A stretch of DNA of 64,000 bases from the human T2T-CHM13v2.0 reference genome, Homo sapiens. Positions 1-12,432 of the stretch are shown here, piece by piece (position 1 is the stretch's first letter; each line of letters opens with the position of its first letter). The DNA is taken from NCBI RefSeq assembly GCF_009914755.1, contig NC_060934.1. One strand, written 5' to 3'. Position numbers and translations under genes: made by a program. A model generated the notes under the pieces. That model ran no database searches, had not been told where the DNA came from, and was given only the letters and a program-made list of their open reading frames with translations.

Positions 1-430
1 AGCACCTCAAACTCTACATGTCTAAACTGAGCAGGAAATCCACCCCTCACCAGCATCCCTTCATATGTGAGCACAATGACCTCCAGCCACACCCACCCCA
101 GCTCTCCTGCCCACACCTTCTCAGCCTCTGCAGACCTGTCCTCTCCTCTCCATCCCTGCCTGCCCTCCCCAGCCTGAGCTGCCCCCCTAACTCTTCTGCT
201 CTCACCCATGCTGTTCTGACTCTCTTATCCACACAGCAGCCAGAGGGGACCTTTTAAAAAACTAAGTGTAATCACGCCGTCTCCCAATTAAACTCTTCAG
301 TAACTCCCTATTGCTCTCAGGCTAGAGACCGCATTGCTAAATGCGACCCATATGGCCTTCAGGTGCAGCCCTTGTCACTCTCTCCAGGCTCATGGCTCAC
401 CTGCCCTTGCTTCTGGAGTCCAGCTACATG
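1..430 (+). mobile_element. L2 LINE fragment
   Basis: cacctcaaactctacatgtctaaactga and ccacacagcagccagaggggaccttttaaaa resemble the L2 3' region. Confidence 0.75.
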
Positions 431-432
431 GT

Positions 433-675
433 GGCACGCTGTCAAGGCTAGGAGCACAGACTCTGGAACCAGATTGCTGGGTTCAAGACCAGCTCTGCCA
501 GTTACTGGCTATGTGACCTTGGGCAAGTTATTCAAGCTCTCTGTGCCTTAGGTTATACCTCTGTAAAATAAGGGTAATGATAATAAGAGTACTTTTATGA
601 GGGTTGTTTTTAGGATTAAAAAAAAGTTAAGATATAAAGTGCTTTGAGTAGTGACTGGTACTCCAGTAATAGATC
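433..675 (+). mobile_element. MIR SINE
   Basis: Core gctatgtgaccttgggcaagttattcaagctctctgtgcct...tgtaaaataagg. Confidence 0.85.
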
Positions 676-713
676 ATCCAATCTCCTTGAAAGAGCCAAG
701 TTTCACCTCTCAC

Positions 714-1000
714 AGGCATAGAGTCAAGGTGTGGGCTCTGAGCCAGGCTTCCTGGGTTCAAATTCTGCCTCTGTCTTTCCAGGCTGTGTGCTGTCTTGCA
801 GGTTACTTGGCCCCTCTCTGTCTTAGTTTCCTCGCTCATGTAATGGGTTGCAGTGAGTGCTGGAGGAATTAACATTAAGCTGGTGCAAAAGTAATTACTT
901 TTAATTGCCATTGAAAGTAATGGCAAAAACTGCAATTACTTTTGCACCAACCTACTCCATGCAAGATCCTTGCCTGGCTCCTAAGAAGTGCATTATTGGG
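714..1000 (+). mobile_element. MIR SINE interrupted by MADE1
   Basis: cctgggttcaaattctgcc...ctctctgtcttagtttcctc; the 3' remnant resumes after 955. Confidence 0.7.
875..955. mobile_element. MADE1 (Hsmar1-derived MITE)
   Basis: About 80-bp inverted repeat ttaagctggtgcaaaagtaatt...aattacttttgcaccaacctac. Confidence 0.9.
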
Positions 1001-1004
1001 TTAG

Positions 1005-1325
1005 CTTTCAGCCTCTCCCCTGTGCCTGGGCCCCTCACCTGGTGAGTTACTGCTCAGCTTCAGATCTTGGCTCATGTCTCACTTTTCTGCCATGAGCCAG
1101 ACTAGTCCATGCCCCGGCTGGCTCTCAGCTCCTTGCCCCTTTTGGCCACAGCTCTGATGACAATGGCTGCCCCACATTGATGTGTGGTTTGTAGGCTCTT
1201 CTGTTTCCCTCCCTAGAGTATAAACTTCATGGGAGCAGCCTCAGTCTGCTTTGCATAACAAGGTTCCCAACATTAACCCCTAGAACATTGTAGATAGTCA
1301 ATGCCCATTTGTGAAAGGCAGGAAA
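1005..1325 (+). mobile_element. L2 3' end (probably continues the 1-430 fragment)
   Basis: ctgtttccctccctagagtataaacttcatgggagcag resembles the L2 3' terminus. Confidence 0.6.
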
Positions 1326-2784
1326 GGAGGAAAGAGGTCCCCAACATTCACCCCAGGACTTCTTTGTGGTGGGGGGCCCCTGCCTTATCCTGCACCAGGC
1401 CTAGAGATGACCCCTGGACCCCTGAGATCCTTGAGGTCCTGGGCCCCTTGCCAATCTGCCTCCCATGCACACCATCAGTTCTGGGGCCCGGTTCCTTGAC
1501 TCCTCGCGGCAGTAGCAGGGCCTTGGGTTAGCTAGAAGGAAGGACTTCGTCATACGAATGCTGCAAAGCTCACATAGGGGTATGTGCCTCCTGTCCCTGA
1601 CTTTTTTCCTGAACCATAGAGCCTGGGGCCACATCTGTGTGTGGTTCTGGTGAGACAGGGAGGCAGAGGGAGACAGAGGCAGTATGTGGTATCTGGAGGA
1701 CCCGCAGGCCCCTGTTTCATGGCCCTGGGAGTCTGTGATCAGGTGCCAAGTCCACTGCACGAAGAGAACTGTTGAGGTAGGGAGAAGACAGCTCCTAAGG
1801 CACCCCCGTGGCACCCCCTCCCTGTCCCCAGCACACAGGCCCCTGCAGCAGCCCATGCAAGTCCAGTTCTGGTGGGTGTGGGTTGGATGTCTTGATTTCC
1901 TCCACTTTGATTTCACCCTGCCAAGCTGCCTGTGCCCTGGGGCATGTGGCTACGAGTGGGCCTGTCCCTTTAACCCCTTTGGTGGAGCCAGCCCTCTCCT
2001 GCAGTCCCTGGGATGTAGCCCATGGGGCCAGCACTGAGCAGCCAGGTCCTGCCTCTGTACCTCCTCACGGAAATGCCCTCCCTCCCCCATGCCCATTTAT
2101 CCCAATTCTGCCAAAGCCCACCTCCTCCTGGGACCACAAGGATGAGTCCTAGAGGGCTGACCTAAAAGTAAGTAATTCGGTTGGAGTGTGGATTGAGACA
2201 TCTGACCCGGGACCCTGACATCTGAGGGCCAGCTCAGTCTGCAACGGGGCAGCCAGCCCAGCAGCAGTTATGCTGCAGGATGATCAAAAGGCCTCTAGCA
2301 GATGGGATCAAGTCCCTGCCCTGTGCCAGGCATTGTGATCAGAGTGCTGGCACAGGGGCCGGAGCTTCGTCTGCTGTGGTCATTCCAGTGGGCACCTCCT
2401 CTTCCTTCAACTCCTAGTTCTCAGGGTCAAAAGGCAGGGCTGCAGGTCAGACCCTCCTCACTCACCCTCCCTTTCCAGAAGAGGGGCTCTGAGTTTCCCA
2501 GGAGGAGGAGGAGGGACATGGCAAGTGCAGGAAACTTGACCACTTGTCGCAGAGGTGTATGCCATGGAGCCAGGGCAGCAGGGGTCAGGCCAGCCTTATT
2601 ACAGCAGGTGGGAGGAGGCAGGCCTGGCACTGGCTCAAGAGAGAAGTGGCCTTCACCTGGCCACCAAACAAAACAAGCTGGCAAAACAGGTGCTCACCCT
2701 CCTCACATCTGGATACCTCTGTTTATTTTTTTGCCTCATCTCATTTTATCCTGCCAGCTGTCTTGCGTAGTCTAGCAGATCACT

Positions 2785-2900
2785 TAGATTATCTCCATTT
2801 TATGGATGAGAATATCAAGGTCCAGAGGGGTTATAGATTTTGCTTAATACACAGTTAGTAGGAGAGTTGGGACTAGACCCCAAGGCTCTGGCACTCCCAA
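2785..2900 (-). mobile_element. MIR fragment
   Basis: attatctccattttatggatgagaatatcaaggtccagagggg is the reverse MIR core. Confidence 0.7.
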
Positions 2901-3921
2901 GTGTAGTCAAGCTGATATGATATGATTTCAACACTGCCAAGCTCTGCCTACAATAGATTCTTCACTGGAGTTTGGGGGCCATCTGTGCCAACCCAAAAGA
3001 AAGTCCCACTCCAGCCTCCAAGGGAATAGGAGGCATGCACTAATAATGTCAAAAATCAATTATTAAATGATATTTTCCACCTAAAGTGCTTAGCACAGTG
3101 GCTGATATATGGTGTTCAATGTGCATAGCTGTTATAATTAATATTAACTCTTGTTTAATAATTCAACCCAAAATTGATAGATGCTCCGTGGTTTCCCAGG
3201 CACTTGCCTCTGCGTTATCTCATTCGGTCTCCACATTGGCACTCAGGAAGCTGGCAGGGGGTGGTGGGTCATATCCCTATTTTGTAGATTCCCCCTGAAG
3301 GGACGTGCCAGGCTCAAGGTCACAGCTGCAGGTCTCACCTGGCTTCTCCCTCTGGGCTGTGTCTATGCCACAGCTTGGACCCACCCCACGTATTGCAGAG
3401 GCCCAGGTTGAGCTAGGACGTTTTAAGAGCCCTGAGGCTGAGACACAGGGAGGGAGTGTTCCCTAAACCCAAGACCAGGCTGGAGCCACATTCTCTGGGG
3501 GGAGTGAGTAGCTGCCTGGCATTTTCCCTTTGATACTGATACAGGCATTTTAATAGCTGCAACCGATCAGGCGGGTGATGTTTCAGCTCTGGCCACATAG
3601 GGCATTCCAGGAGGCCCCGGCTGCCAGCAGGGGCAAAACAGGAAGGCTTCTCTGCCGAGGGTAGCTGAGGGTCCACCCTAGGGCCTCATCTTGGGGGTGT
3701 CTCACCATGGGTCTCAAAGTCAGATGTCAAGGGGGCCAGGCTGGTGGCCTAAGTAGGTGAAGCTGGCTTTGGAGAGAGAGTACTTTGGTAGCCTAGATGG
3801 CACACATCCATCTGAAAGGGGCAACCACCACACAGCACCACCTGATTGTACATGCTCAGTGTTGACAGGTCTCCCATTGTGCAAGAGAGACCAGAACTGG
3901 ATGTGAAATCTCCTGATGTGT

Positions 3922-6090
3922 GAACAACCAATATTTATTGAGCACCTACTATGTGCCAAGCCCTGTTTTAGGCACAGTGAATAGAACAGAACAGAAAAAA
4001 GTATCCAGGTCCTTGTCGAACTTACATTCCAGTGCTACAAAGAGACAATAAGTAAGAAAAATAAGCAAAAAAAAAAATCCTAAGGAGGAAATAAAACAAA
4101 GTGGTGTGCTGGGGGAGGAAGAATTTTGGAGGAAGGGGTGCAGGAGGTGAGGAAGGCCTAACAGCAAGCCAGGTAGGTAGCTGGGAAGAGAACACCCAGG
4201 CAGAGAGCCCAGTAAGTGTGAAGGCCCTGAGGTAGGGAAAGCCCAGCATGTATGAGAGCTTCAGAGGCCTGTGTGATTACCCTGGCTGCCGTGTTGAGAA
4301 AGGTCTGCAGGGGCACGGGCAGAAGTCAGGCATTCGTTAGAAGGTTATCACAGTAATTAGGCCAGGTGGTAGTCATGGAGGTGGTGAGAAGGGGTCAGAT
4401 CTCGGATGCGTCTGGCAGGTAAAGAACAGGAATTGCTAATGGAATGGGTGTAGGGTGAGAGAAATAGACATCGATGATAATTGTGAGGTTTTGAGCAACT
4501 GGTGGGATGGGGAAGCTGATGGTAGGGGCAGGTCCAAGGAGGAGTTGGGAGAGTCTATCAGAAGCTCAGTTTTGCCAGGCTAATTCTGAGATGCCTATGA
4601 AGGGCCATATCAAGCCAGCAGCCAGATAGATGCATCTGAAGTTTTGAAGAAAGGTATAGGTTGGAGGGCGTCATTCTGCATAGATGGCTTTGAAGCCATC
4701 AGACTGGATGAGGTACCCTAGGGAGCCAGTGTCTAGAGAAAGAAGTGAGACCCTGGATGTGGACCCTGTGACTTCCAACATTTAGACATCAAGTAGATAA
4801 GAAGGAATCAGCACAAGACTGAGAGGGCACAGCCAGGGTGGTGGAAGGGAAATGGGGAGAGTGCGTGTCCTGGGAGCCAAGGGCAGGAAGTGCCCCGAGG
4901 AGGAAGGGGGGTGAGCAAAGGCTGCAGCCTGGCTAAGAGGAAGCATGAGGACTGCCCACCAGATTTGGCAACCCGGAGGTCACTGGCAACCTGCAGGACA
5001 GTTCTTAGGGGACAGTAGGGGAAGAGCCAGGTAGGAGTGGTCCAGGAGAGACGTAGGAGGCAGCGAAGATTGTCATCCAGGAGTTTTTCTAGGGAAAGAG
5101 CTAACCAGAGTCAAAAGAGGATTATTCTCTTTTCCGTTTTTATGCTGGGAATAACAACAGCATATTTGCATAATGATTCCGTGAGGGTGGGCTAACTACA
5201 GCTAAATCCAGCTTGCAGCCCGTTTTTGTAAATATATATTTTTTATGGGAGCACAGCCACACTGATTTGTTTCCAAACTATGGCTGCTTTGGCCTGCGAT
5301 GGAAGAGTGGAGTAGGTGTGGCAGAGATCATGTGTCTCACACAGCCTCAAATATTTATGTTTGCCGGCCCCTGATGTAAATGATCCAATCTAGAGGAGGG
5401 GATTGATGAGGCAGGAAGGCAGGGGACTTGCTGGCGACAGGAGGGGTTGGCCCTCGTGGAAGCACAGATGGGGAGCTTAGGAGGAGAGAAGGGTGCTGGC
5501 AGGCGCAGATGCAGATGGACGGCACGTGTAGTGGTGGCTGCCTCTGGAAGCCCTCTTCTGCTTGCTTTTCTTCTCAAGGTCATCAGTTGACAATGAAGTT
5601 GGGGGAGGGGGCGTTGGTGGTTTGGGGAGAGGAAGTGTGAAAACTCCCAGGACAGTGCAATGGTGAAGGGTTGAGGGAACCACAGAATGATTGCTGGGCT
5701 TCCGTTTGAGATCTGGATCATGAATTTAAAGTAAGATCAGTCGGCGAGGTTGTGTGTTTCTCCCGCTTTACCCTGCTGCCTGTGTGCAGGGGTGGGGTAG
5801 GAGGAGACGTTGGATCTAGCCAGGCTCGTGGCTTAGTGAACAGGGTGGGTGTCAAGGCAGTGGAGGGTGCAGACAGGGGGTGGTGATAATCACTGGCCAC
5901 AGAATTTGAGCCGGGCACGGAGGGAAGTGACACATGGTAGTGATGGACAGTAAAAAGTTGGTAGGACCCGCAGGTTGAAGGCCCTGTGGGATTCGAGGGT
6001 CCCTGGGGCCGGGGTGTTAGGTCCTTGGGAAATGGAGATCTGTGGGCAGAGTGTTGAAGCCTAGGCTGTGGATGGGTCATGGTGCTGTTG
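3922..6090 (-). mobile_element. Long L2 LINE (about 2 kb) interrupted by MER58A
   Basis: Begins with the L2 tail caaccaatatttattgagcacctactatgtgccaagc and continues as purine-rich L2 antisense sequence on both sides of 5183-5373; distal boundary approximate. Confidence 0.75.
5183..5373 (+). mobile_element. MER58A (hAT-Charlie DNA transposon)
   Basis: gtttttgtaaat...gcacagccacac...tatggctgcttt...gtttgccggcccctg with TIR remnants. Confidence 0.85.
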
Positions 6091-6628
6091 AGATTTAATA
6101 CTCTTTCAAAATAAACTCTGGGCAGGCCAAGAAAACACTTACACCCTGAACTGACCTGGTTTTCTAGCTGTGCCTGTGGTAGCTTTGCCTGCTCAGATGC
6201 CTCCATCCCCTCCAATCAAGGCTCCCGATTTCCGGGTCCACCTTTCCCACCTGCCTTCTCTCCCAAACTCCAGAGCTGCCCATGCCTACCCTGCTGGGCT
6301 CCACAAACTCGCCATCTTCCCACAATGTGCTCTTGCCGCTGTTATGTCCTAGGGGTGGCATCTTGGCTGCCCAAGGCAGGGCCTGGCTCCCACAACCACC
6401 CCAAATCCATCCAGTGCCCAGTTCCTTCTTCCTCCCACATCTCTCCACTGGGTGATGACCATGACATCCTCCAGAGAGGACCTCAGCCCAAGCGGTCTCA
6501 CTGGTCTATACTCAACGGGCTGCTGGAGTGCCCTTTATACCACCCAAATTTGACCACATGACCTCCTTGCTTAAAACCTTTGAATGGTTCCTCCATGCTA
6601 GAATCCTTACCTGGGCACACAAGGCCTG

Positions 6629-7133
6629 GTTATTAGTCATGGTTCTCCAGAGAAACAGAAGCAATAGGCTGTATATAGATGCACAGAAAGCGAGTTATCA
6701 AAAGAGATTGGCTCATGTGATTACGGAGATGAGAAGTCCCTTAATCTGCCATCTGCAAGAAAGAGGCCCAGGAAAGCCAGTGGTGTAGCTCCACTTAAAC
6801 CTGAAGGCCTGAGAGCCAGGAGAGCCAATGGTGTAAATTCCAGTCCAAGCCTGAAGGGCCAAGAACCAGTTGTGGTGCAGGGGGAGTCAATGTTCAAGGG
6901 CAGGAGAAGATGGATGGTCCAGCTCAAGCAGAGAGAGCAGAGTCTCCCTTCCTCTACCTTGTTCTACTCAGGCCCTCAACAGATCAGATAATGCCCACCC
7001 CCTATGGTGAGGACACTGTTCTTTCCTGAGTCTACTAATTCCAGTGCTAATCGACATACTTAGAAAGAATGTTTTCCCAGCTATCTGGGCATCCTTAGCC
7101 CAGGCAAGTTAACAGATAAAATTAACCCTCACA
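6629..7133 (-). mobile_element. MLT2B-type ERVL solo LTR
   Basis: tattagtcatggttctccagagaaacagaa...gattggctcatgtgattacggag...caagttaacagataaaattaaccctcaca. Confidence 0.85.
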
Positions 7134-7289
7134 GCTCCCACTCCCGACTCAACACCCAGGCCCTCTGAAGTCTACAGTCACCTGCACACATCTGAGTATG
7201 CTTCTCCCACACCAAGCTCAGCTGTTTGCTGATGGACTGTGACTCATTCTCTATTTTGCAGTCTCACAATTAGTAGAAAATAAACATAG

Positions 7290-7485
7290 GATCTATTGAA
7301 TAAAAGCATTGAACTTGAAGTTAGAGGACCCAGAATTTAAGCCCTCTGGGGTTTACTTGTTCAAGGCAATTCCCTTTCCCTTTCTGGGACTTAGTTTCCT
7401 GGATTATACAATGGGGCTGATTTCTAGCCTGCCTGTTGCACGGGTCAGTGATGAGGGTCAGGTGAAGTCTCAGGAAATGTGAAAG
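7290..7485 (+). mobile_element. MIR (old, diverged)
   Basis: ttctgggacttagtttcctggattatacaatgggg core. Confidence 0.55.
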
Positions 7486-7497
7486 TCACATGGAGGT

Positions 7498-7920
7498 CTA
7501 CCTTAGGTTGGGTTCCCAAGGGAACAGTCTCCAAAGTGGAGGTCTATGAGTAGATGACTTACTTATTTGACTTATTGGCATCAACATAGGAGGGGGAGTG
7601 AGGGAAGCAGTTGGGCAGAGGAGGGGCTGAGCTGTGATACAGTCATGACAGAGGCCCCAGCTGGTCCTGTGGGAGCTCCGTAGCTGGGGTGGCCCTAGAG
7701 TCAGTCCAATTTGAGGCAGAGGGGCCAGGTCTGCATTCCTCCTGTCTATCAGTAATTGAATATGGGTTGCATTTGGGGGAGAGTGTGACCCTGATCAAGG
7801 CTGCTTCCTTGAGCTGAGAGCAGCTCCCAGAAAGAGGCTCAGCCATCAGCAGCCAACACTCCCAACAGCTAAACCACTGGTCTAATCCTGGGAGCCTGGA
7901 TGGCCCACCACAGCACCCAT
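7498..7920 (-). mobile_element. LTR16-family ERVL solo LTR
   Basis: aggttgggttccc...gagtgagggaagcagttgggcagagg...ccatcagcagccaacactccc...caccacagca. Confidence 0.8.
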
Positions 7921-7984
7921 GAGCTGTGGTGCTTTATGGCTGTCAACAAGCCCCAGAACCAGTGGCAGGGATCCATGTTACACA

Positions 7985-8425
7985 TTCAAAGTCTCTGCCC
8001 CTGCCTTAATGACCTGCCTTCCTGCCCCCCACATTCCTATCCCATGTCCTCACTCAGATCACTCCAGCCACACTTCACCCCTTCCTGTTCCTCAGATGCT
8101 CCATGAACAATCCTGTCTCTGGGCCTTCGCCTCTGCTGTTCCCTCTGACTGGAACACACTTCCTCCAGACATCAAAGGATTCATTTTCTTACTTCCTCCA
8201 AATACCGCATGACTCATTTTCTTACCTTCCTCTGGGTTTTTGCTCAAAGTCCCCTCAAAAAGAGGACCTTCCCTGACCTCCTGGTATAAAAAACCACCTT
8301 CCATCATTCTCTGTCCCCTTGCTTTACTTTATTTTTCTCCCAGCATTTATCACTGCCTGTTACACATTTTTTGTTTTTCTATTGATTTTTTTCTTCCACA
8401 AGAAGTTATGCCCCTCTAGGGGTGT
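7985..8425 (+). mobile_element. L2 3' fragment
   Basis: cactccagccacac...gggccttcgcctctgctgttccctctgactggaacac...tttttctcccagcatttatcac. Confidence 0.8.
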
Positions 8426-8722
8426 GCCCCATGAGGATGGAGCAGGGGCACCACCCACTCATGCCACAAATTCTGTCTCCAGCCCAACCCTGTGATGGCA
8501 GCTTGCTCAGTGCTGCTGCTGAGTGGGTGACAACTCCGATGGTTACAACCTTTAGCCAAAATGCTGCCAACTCCTCTGGTCTTGGCTTGTCAGTCATTTA
8601 GCCGACCTGTGTCATGTGCCTTCTGGGTGCCAGGCCCCCAGGTGATTGGTGGGGAGGGATGTGGAGGCAGGTTCGTACAGTCCCTTACAGGAAAGCAGCA
8701 TTCATGAGCCAGGCTCAGAGCT

Positions 8723-8750
8723 GGCTATCACCAGAGGGGCTATCACCAGA
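8723..8750. repeat. 13-bp direct repeat x2 (period 15)
   Basis: ggctatcaccaga-gg-ggctatcaccaga. Confidence 0.85.
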
Positions 8751-9264
8751 CTTTGGCCTGGGGGCTCATTTGTTTGCCCAGCGGCCGCTCTGTGCCCACC
8801 TGTACCTTGGCCTCAACATTCATCCTCCTAATTGTTACTCAGCCTCCCCTTTCTAAGTGAGGGTCCCCACTTTGGGGTGTTTCCCCTCTTCTGGTCTACC
8901 TTGATCTCGGCCCCCTTCTGCCCTCAGAGCCCCCCATCCCATCTGTCACTGTGTTCCCTCCCCAGGCATTTGCACTCACCTTCCTCCAGCAGGTGGAGCG
9001 GGCTTTGTGCCAGGAGGCGTGAGTTCACACCTCAGATCCACTACATCCTGGCTGTGTGACCCTCAGCAAATCACTCTACTTGCTCTGAATCCTTGTGAAG
9101 CTTTCTGACCTTCCCTCCCCACCCCCAAACCAGAGGCGATACCACCCTTATGACACCTCCCATATTACTTTCTTCACCTCTCTTGTGGCCCACACTGAGT
9201 GGCAAAATTTCACAGTAGTGAGGAAGCAAATAGCTCTGGCTGTCATCCTAACTCGTCAACCTTG

Positions 9265-9507
9265 TCAGGGTAGGGACTACAGTAGATCAGGTGCAGTCAG
9301 TCCTGGCCAGCCAGAACACAGGCTTCATGTGGCCAGGTCTTTCAGTTAGTTTTTCAAGAGAAATTACAAATGCAGATTTGCACATGAAACCACCCACTTC
9401 AAAATATTGGCAACAAATTCAATAATAATAATGATTTAAAGCTCACTGTGGGAACCAAATAAAATACACTGAAAGGCCTATTTGGCCCTGGGGCTACCAG
9501 CTTCCTA
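9265..9507 (-). mobile_element. MER102-like hAT fragment
   Basis: tttttcaagagaa...aaatattggcaacaaattc...ccaaataaaatacac...tttggccc. Confidence 0.65.
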
Positions 9508-10427
9508 TGGCTGCATGAGCATCACAGTGTGGGTTTGAATCCCAGCTCTGTACTTTACTTCAGCCTTGACCTTGGCCAGGTGCAGTCTCCTCTCTGTGCT
9601 TCAAGTCCCTTACCTGTGACATGAACATGGTAATAGCTAACATTCATTGAGAACTTCCTGGGTATCAGGTGCCATTCTTTCTATGCATTAATCTTTCTAA
9701 CTTCGCAGTAATCCAATGAAGTGAGGACTCTTATTAGCCCAGAGTCTGAGAACTGTGTGTTAGTCCAGTCAGCCTGGCTCTAGAAATATCCCTGTTAATG
9801 GCTAGTCTGGCCAACTTTGTTGCAAGAATCAAGTAAGAGTCCTTATGAGACCCTTGTCACATTGCCCTGTGCAGTGTAAGCCTGCAGAGTTGACACACAG
9901 GGGAATCCTGCATGCATGGTCATTACGCTTGCTCTTCTCCACTTGCCACCATGAACATGACAACTCCTCGAGGGTCGGGGTGTTCTACCTCTCTGATGCT
10001 CCCACCTCTTTGGGACCTTCCAGGTAGGCTCAGTGATTTGAAGGGAAGTGAGGAAGATATTTGGTGGAGGGGTGCAGAGAGCCTTGCCATCCCCCTACTG
10101 CTGCACCCCTGCCCAGCTTGCAAATGCTAGCTTTGTAAGGGACACCAGAAGAACAGAAGGCACTGTCCCTGCCCAGGGGTCCATCAGGAGCCCAGTCCAA
10201 GGCAGAAAACAATTAGCAGAGAGCTGAGAAAAGCATGTCATTGTGCACATGAGCATGAGGTGCAGGAAGATGCAACTGGTTTATAGGATCCTGTGTTTGG
10301 GGTTAATTTCTTTAAGAGTGCTCCAAAGACATCAGACGCTGTGATTACCGGGATGGGCTTTCTTGTCTGCTTGTTATTACCCAGATGCCCGGTGGCCAGT
10401 GGAAGGCCATTAACTGCCTGTCTTTGA

Positions 10428-10634
<207 letters not shown>

Positions 10635-11429
10635 TAGGTGACCGCGGATGTTCCTAAGACTGAGACCAGAGGCTCTTCCTGGTGGCCATGCTCTAGCCAC
10701 ACCTCACTCAGGCCGTCACTTTTCATTTGAAAGACAGGAGTGACAATATCTGTGGTTGCCTTCCATCTGCTCACAGATTGGCCTGCCTGCCCCGCATCCA
10801 TCAGTCCACCCACCATTCATTTGTTCATAGAGTATTTTATGGGCCTGATACTCTTTGAACCAGGTTGTGGTGAAGTCAGATAAGATGATGGGCATGACTG
10901 TTTTGAAAGTTATGAAGTGCTATGCAGCGTCAAAGGGACCATCAGCCCCCCAAGGGGAGGCACCTTGCTTGCTGTGTTCATCATTGTGTCCCCAGCTTCC
11001 CAGGTATACAAAAATGTTTGTTACCTGAATGAATGACCCTATAATTGTAAGACCTTATTTTCTATAGCTAGCTGGATTAGGGCAATGTGTGTTCACTATA
11101 TGGCCTCTAGGCTACATGCAACACACACATGCTTACATGCAAGGAATGAAGGCACAAGCCAAAGGTCGCAAGGTGATACTGTGTAATACAGTGAACTGGT
11201 CTAATCTAGAACAAAAATCTGCTTTCGCCACTTACTAGCTCTGTATGGGTGGAGCCCTGACCTGTCTATTCTAGTGCTTTCCTCTGTATCCTTGGGCCTG
11301 TTCCTCAACTGTGTCTATTCACCTGTGTAACAGCTGCGTACTAAGGACCTGCTGGGCACCATGCAGTGTGTCGGGTTCAAGTGCATTGTCCACCATGAAT
11401 GCAAGTGATAAGTTACAGCTTATGAGAAA

Positions 11430-11467
11430 TTTTCTAGGTGCCTGTTACTTTTCTAGGTGCCTGTTAT
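11430..11467. repeat. 19-bp tandem duplication
   Basis: ttttctaggtgcctgtta(c/t) x2. Confidence 0.9.
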
Positions 11468-12214
11468 TGTTAAGCCATGAGAGTGACAGATGAGGAAGTT
11501 TCACTGTTTCCCTGAGGAACTAGAATGCACTGTACCTCTTTAGAGGTGGGGAAGGAAGGCCTAAAGAAGAGTTGCAGGAGACAAGGTATCACATTTAAGT
11601 AATGGCAGAGAGTTTTGGTCCGCTACTGGCCTCTGCCAGCTCAGCATGTGGCCTCCTCGATACCCACGGTGGCAGGTGGCACTAGCAGGGTGCTCACTGG
11701 GCTCTCTGGCTGGCCCTCCTCTGGCCTCAGAAGCCGAGGGACCCAAGTAACACTCACCCAGGTCCCCAAGCCAGGGAAGAGAGGCTGACAGATGTTAAGC
11801 ATATGGGAAACGAAGGACCGCATTTGCTGGAGAGTGAATGGGCTGGGGTGGGAGTCACAGTTCCAGGATGCTGCCCTGGGAGACAAGGAGACCGTGAAAA
11901 GATTCAGCTGGACCCGGTGAGAAGAGGGTCGTCCGGGTTAATTAAAAGGGTGTCCAGAAGCCCTGGGAAGCTCCCTCCCTCCCTCTGGGCCCAGAAGATA
12001 GGGCCCGGGGGTCTGGGAAAGCTTTCAGGAGAGGAGTGCCAAGATTAATGAGATGGGGTGGAGGCAAGGGTTGGGTGATGGGGCCTGGGCAGAGAGACCG
12101 TTCGCATCAGGGCTCATGGGACAGCCCATGTTTCCAAGGATCATGTCTGTTGCCCTTATAACTCTTGGGCAATGACAACCGATTTTTGCTCAGCGTATAG
12201 AATGCTGGTCAAGG

Positions 12215-12432
12215 GCAGGATATTTGAAGCCACAGAGGATGTAGGTTTGAATTCCATCTCCAACATGGACCAGTCTTATGACCTTCAGAGAGTTATTTAA
12301 CCTCCTTGTGCCTCAGTTGCCTTGTCTGAAAAACAGGGACAATAGACACCAGCAAGGTAGAGATTCCTCGAGATAATCCTGGGAACTGCTTAGCATCTTC
12401 TCTGATTCCTAGTAAGCATGATTATGATTATT
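12215..12432 (+). mobile_element. MIR
   Basis: ggtttgaattcc...gttatttaacctccttgtgcctcagttgcc. Confidence 0.7.
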
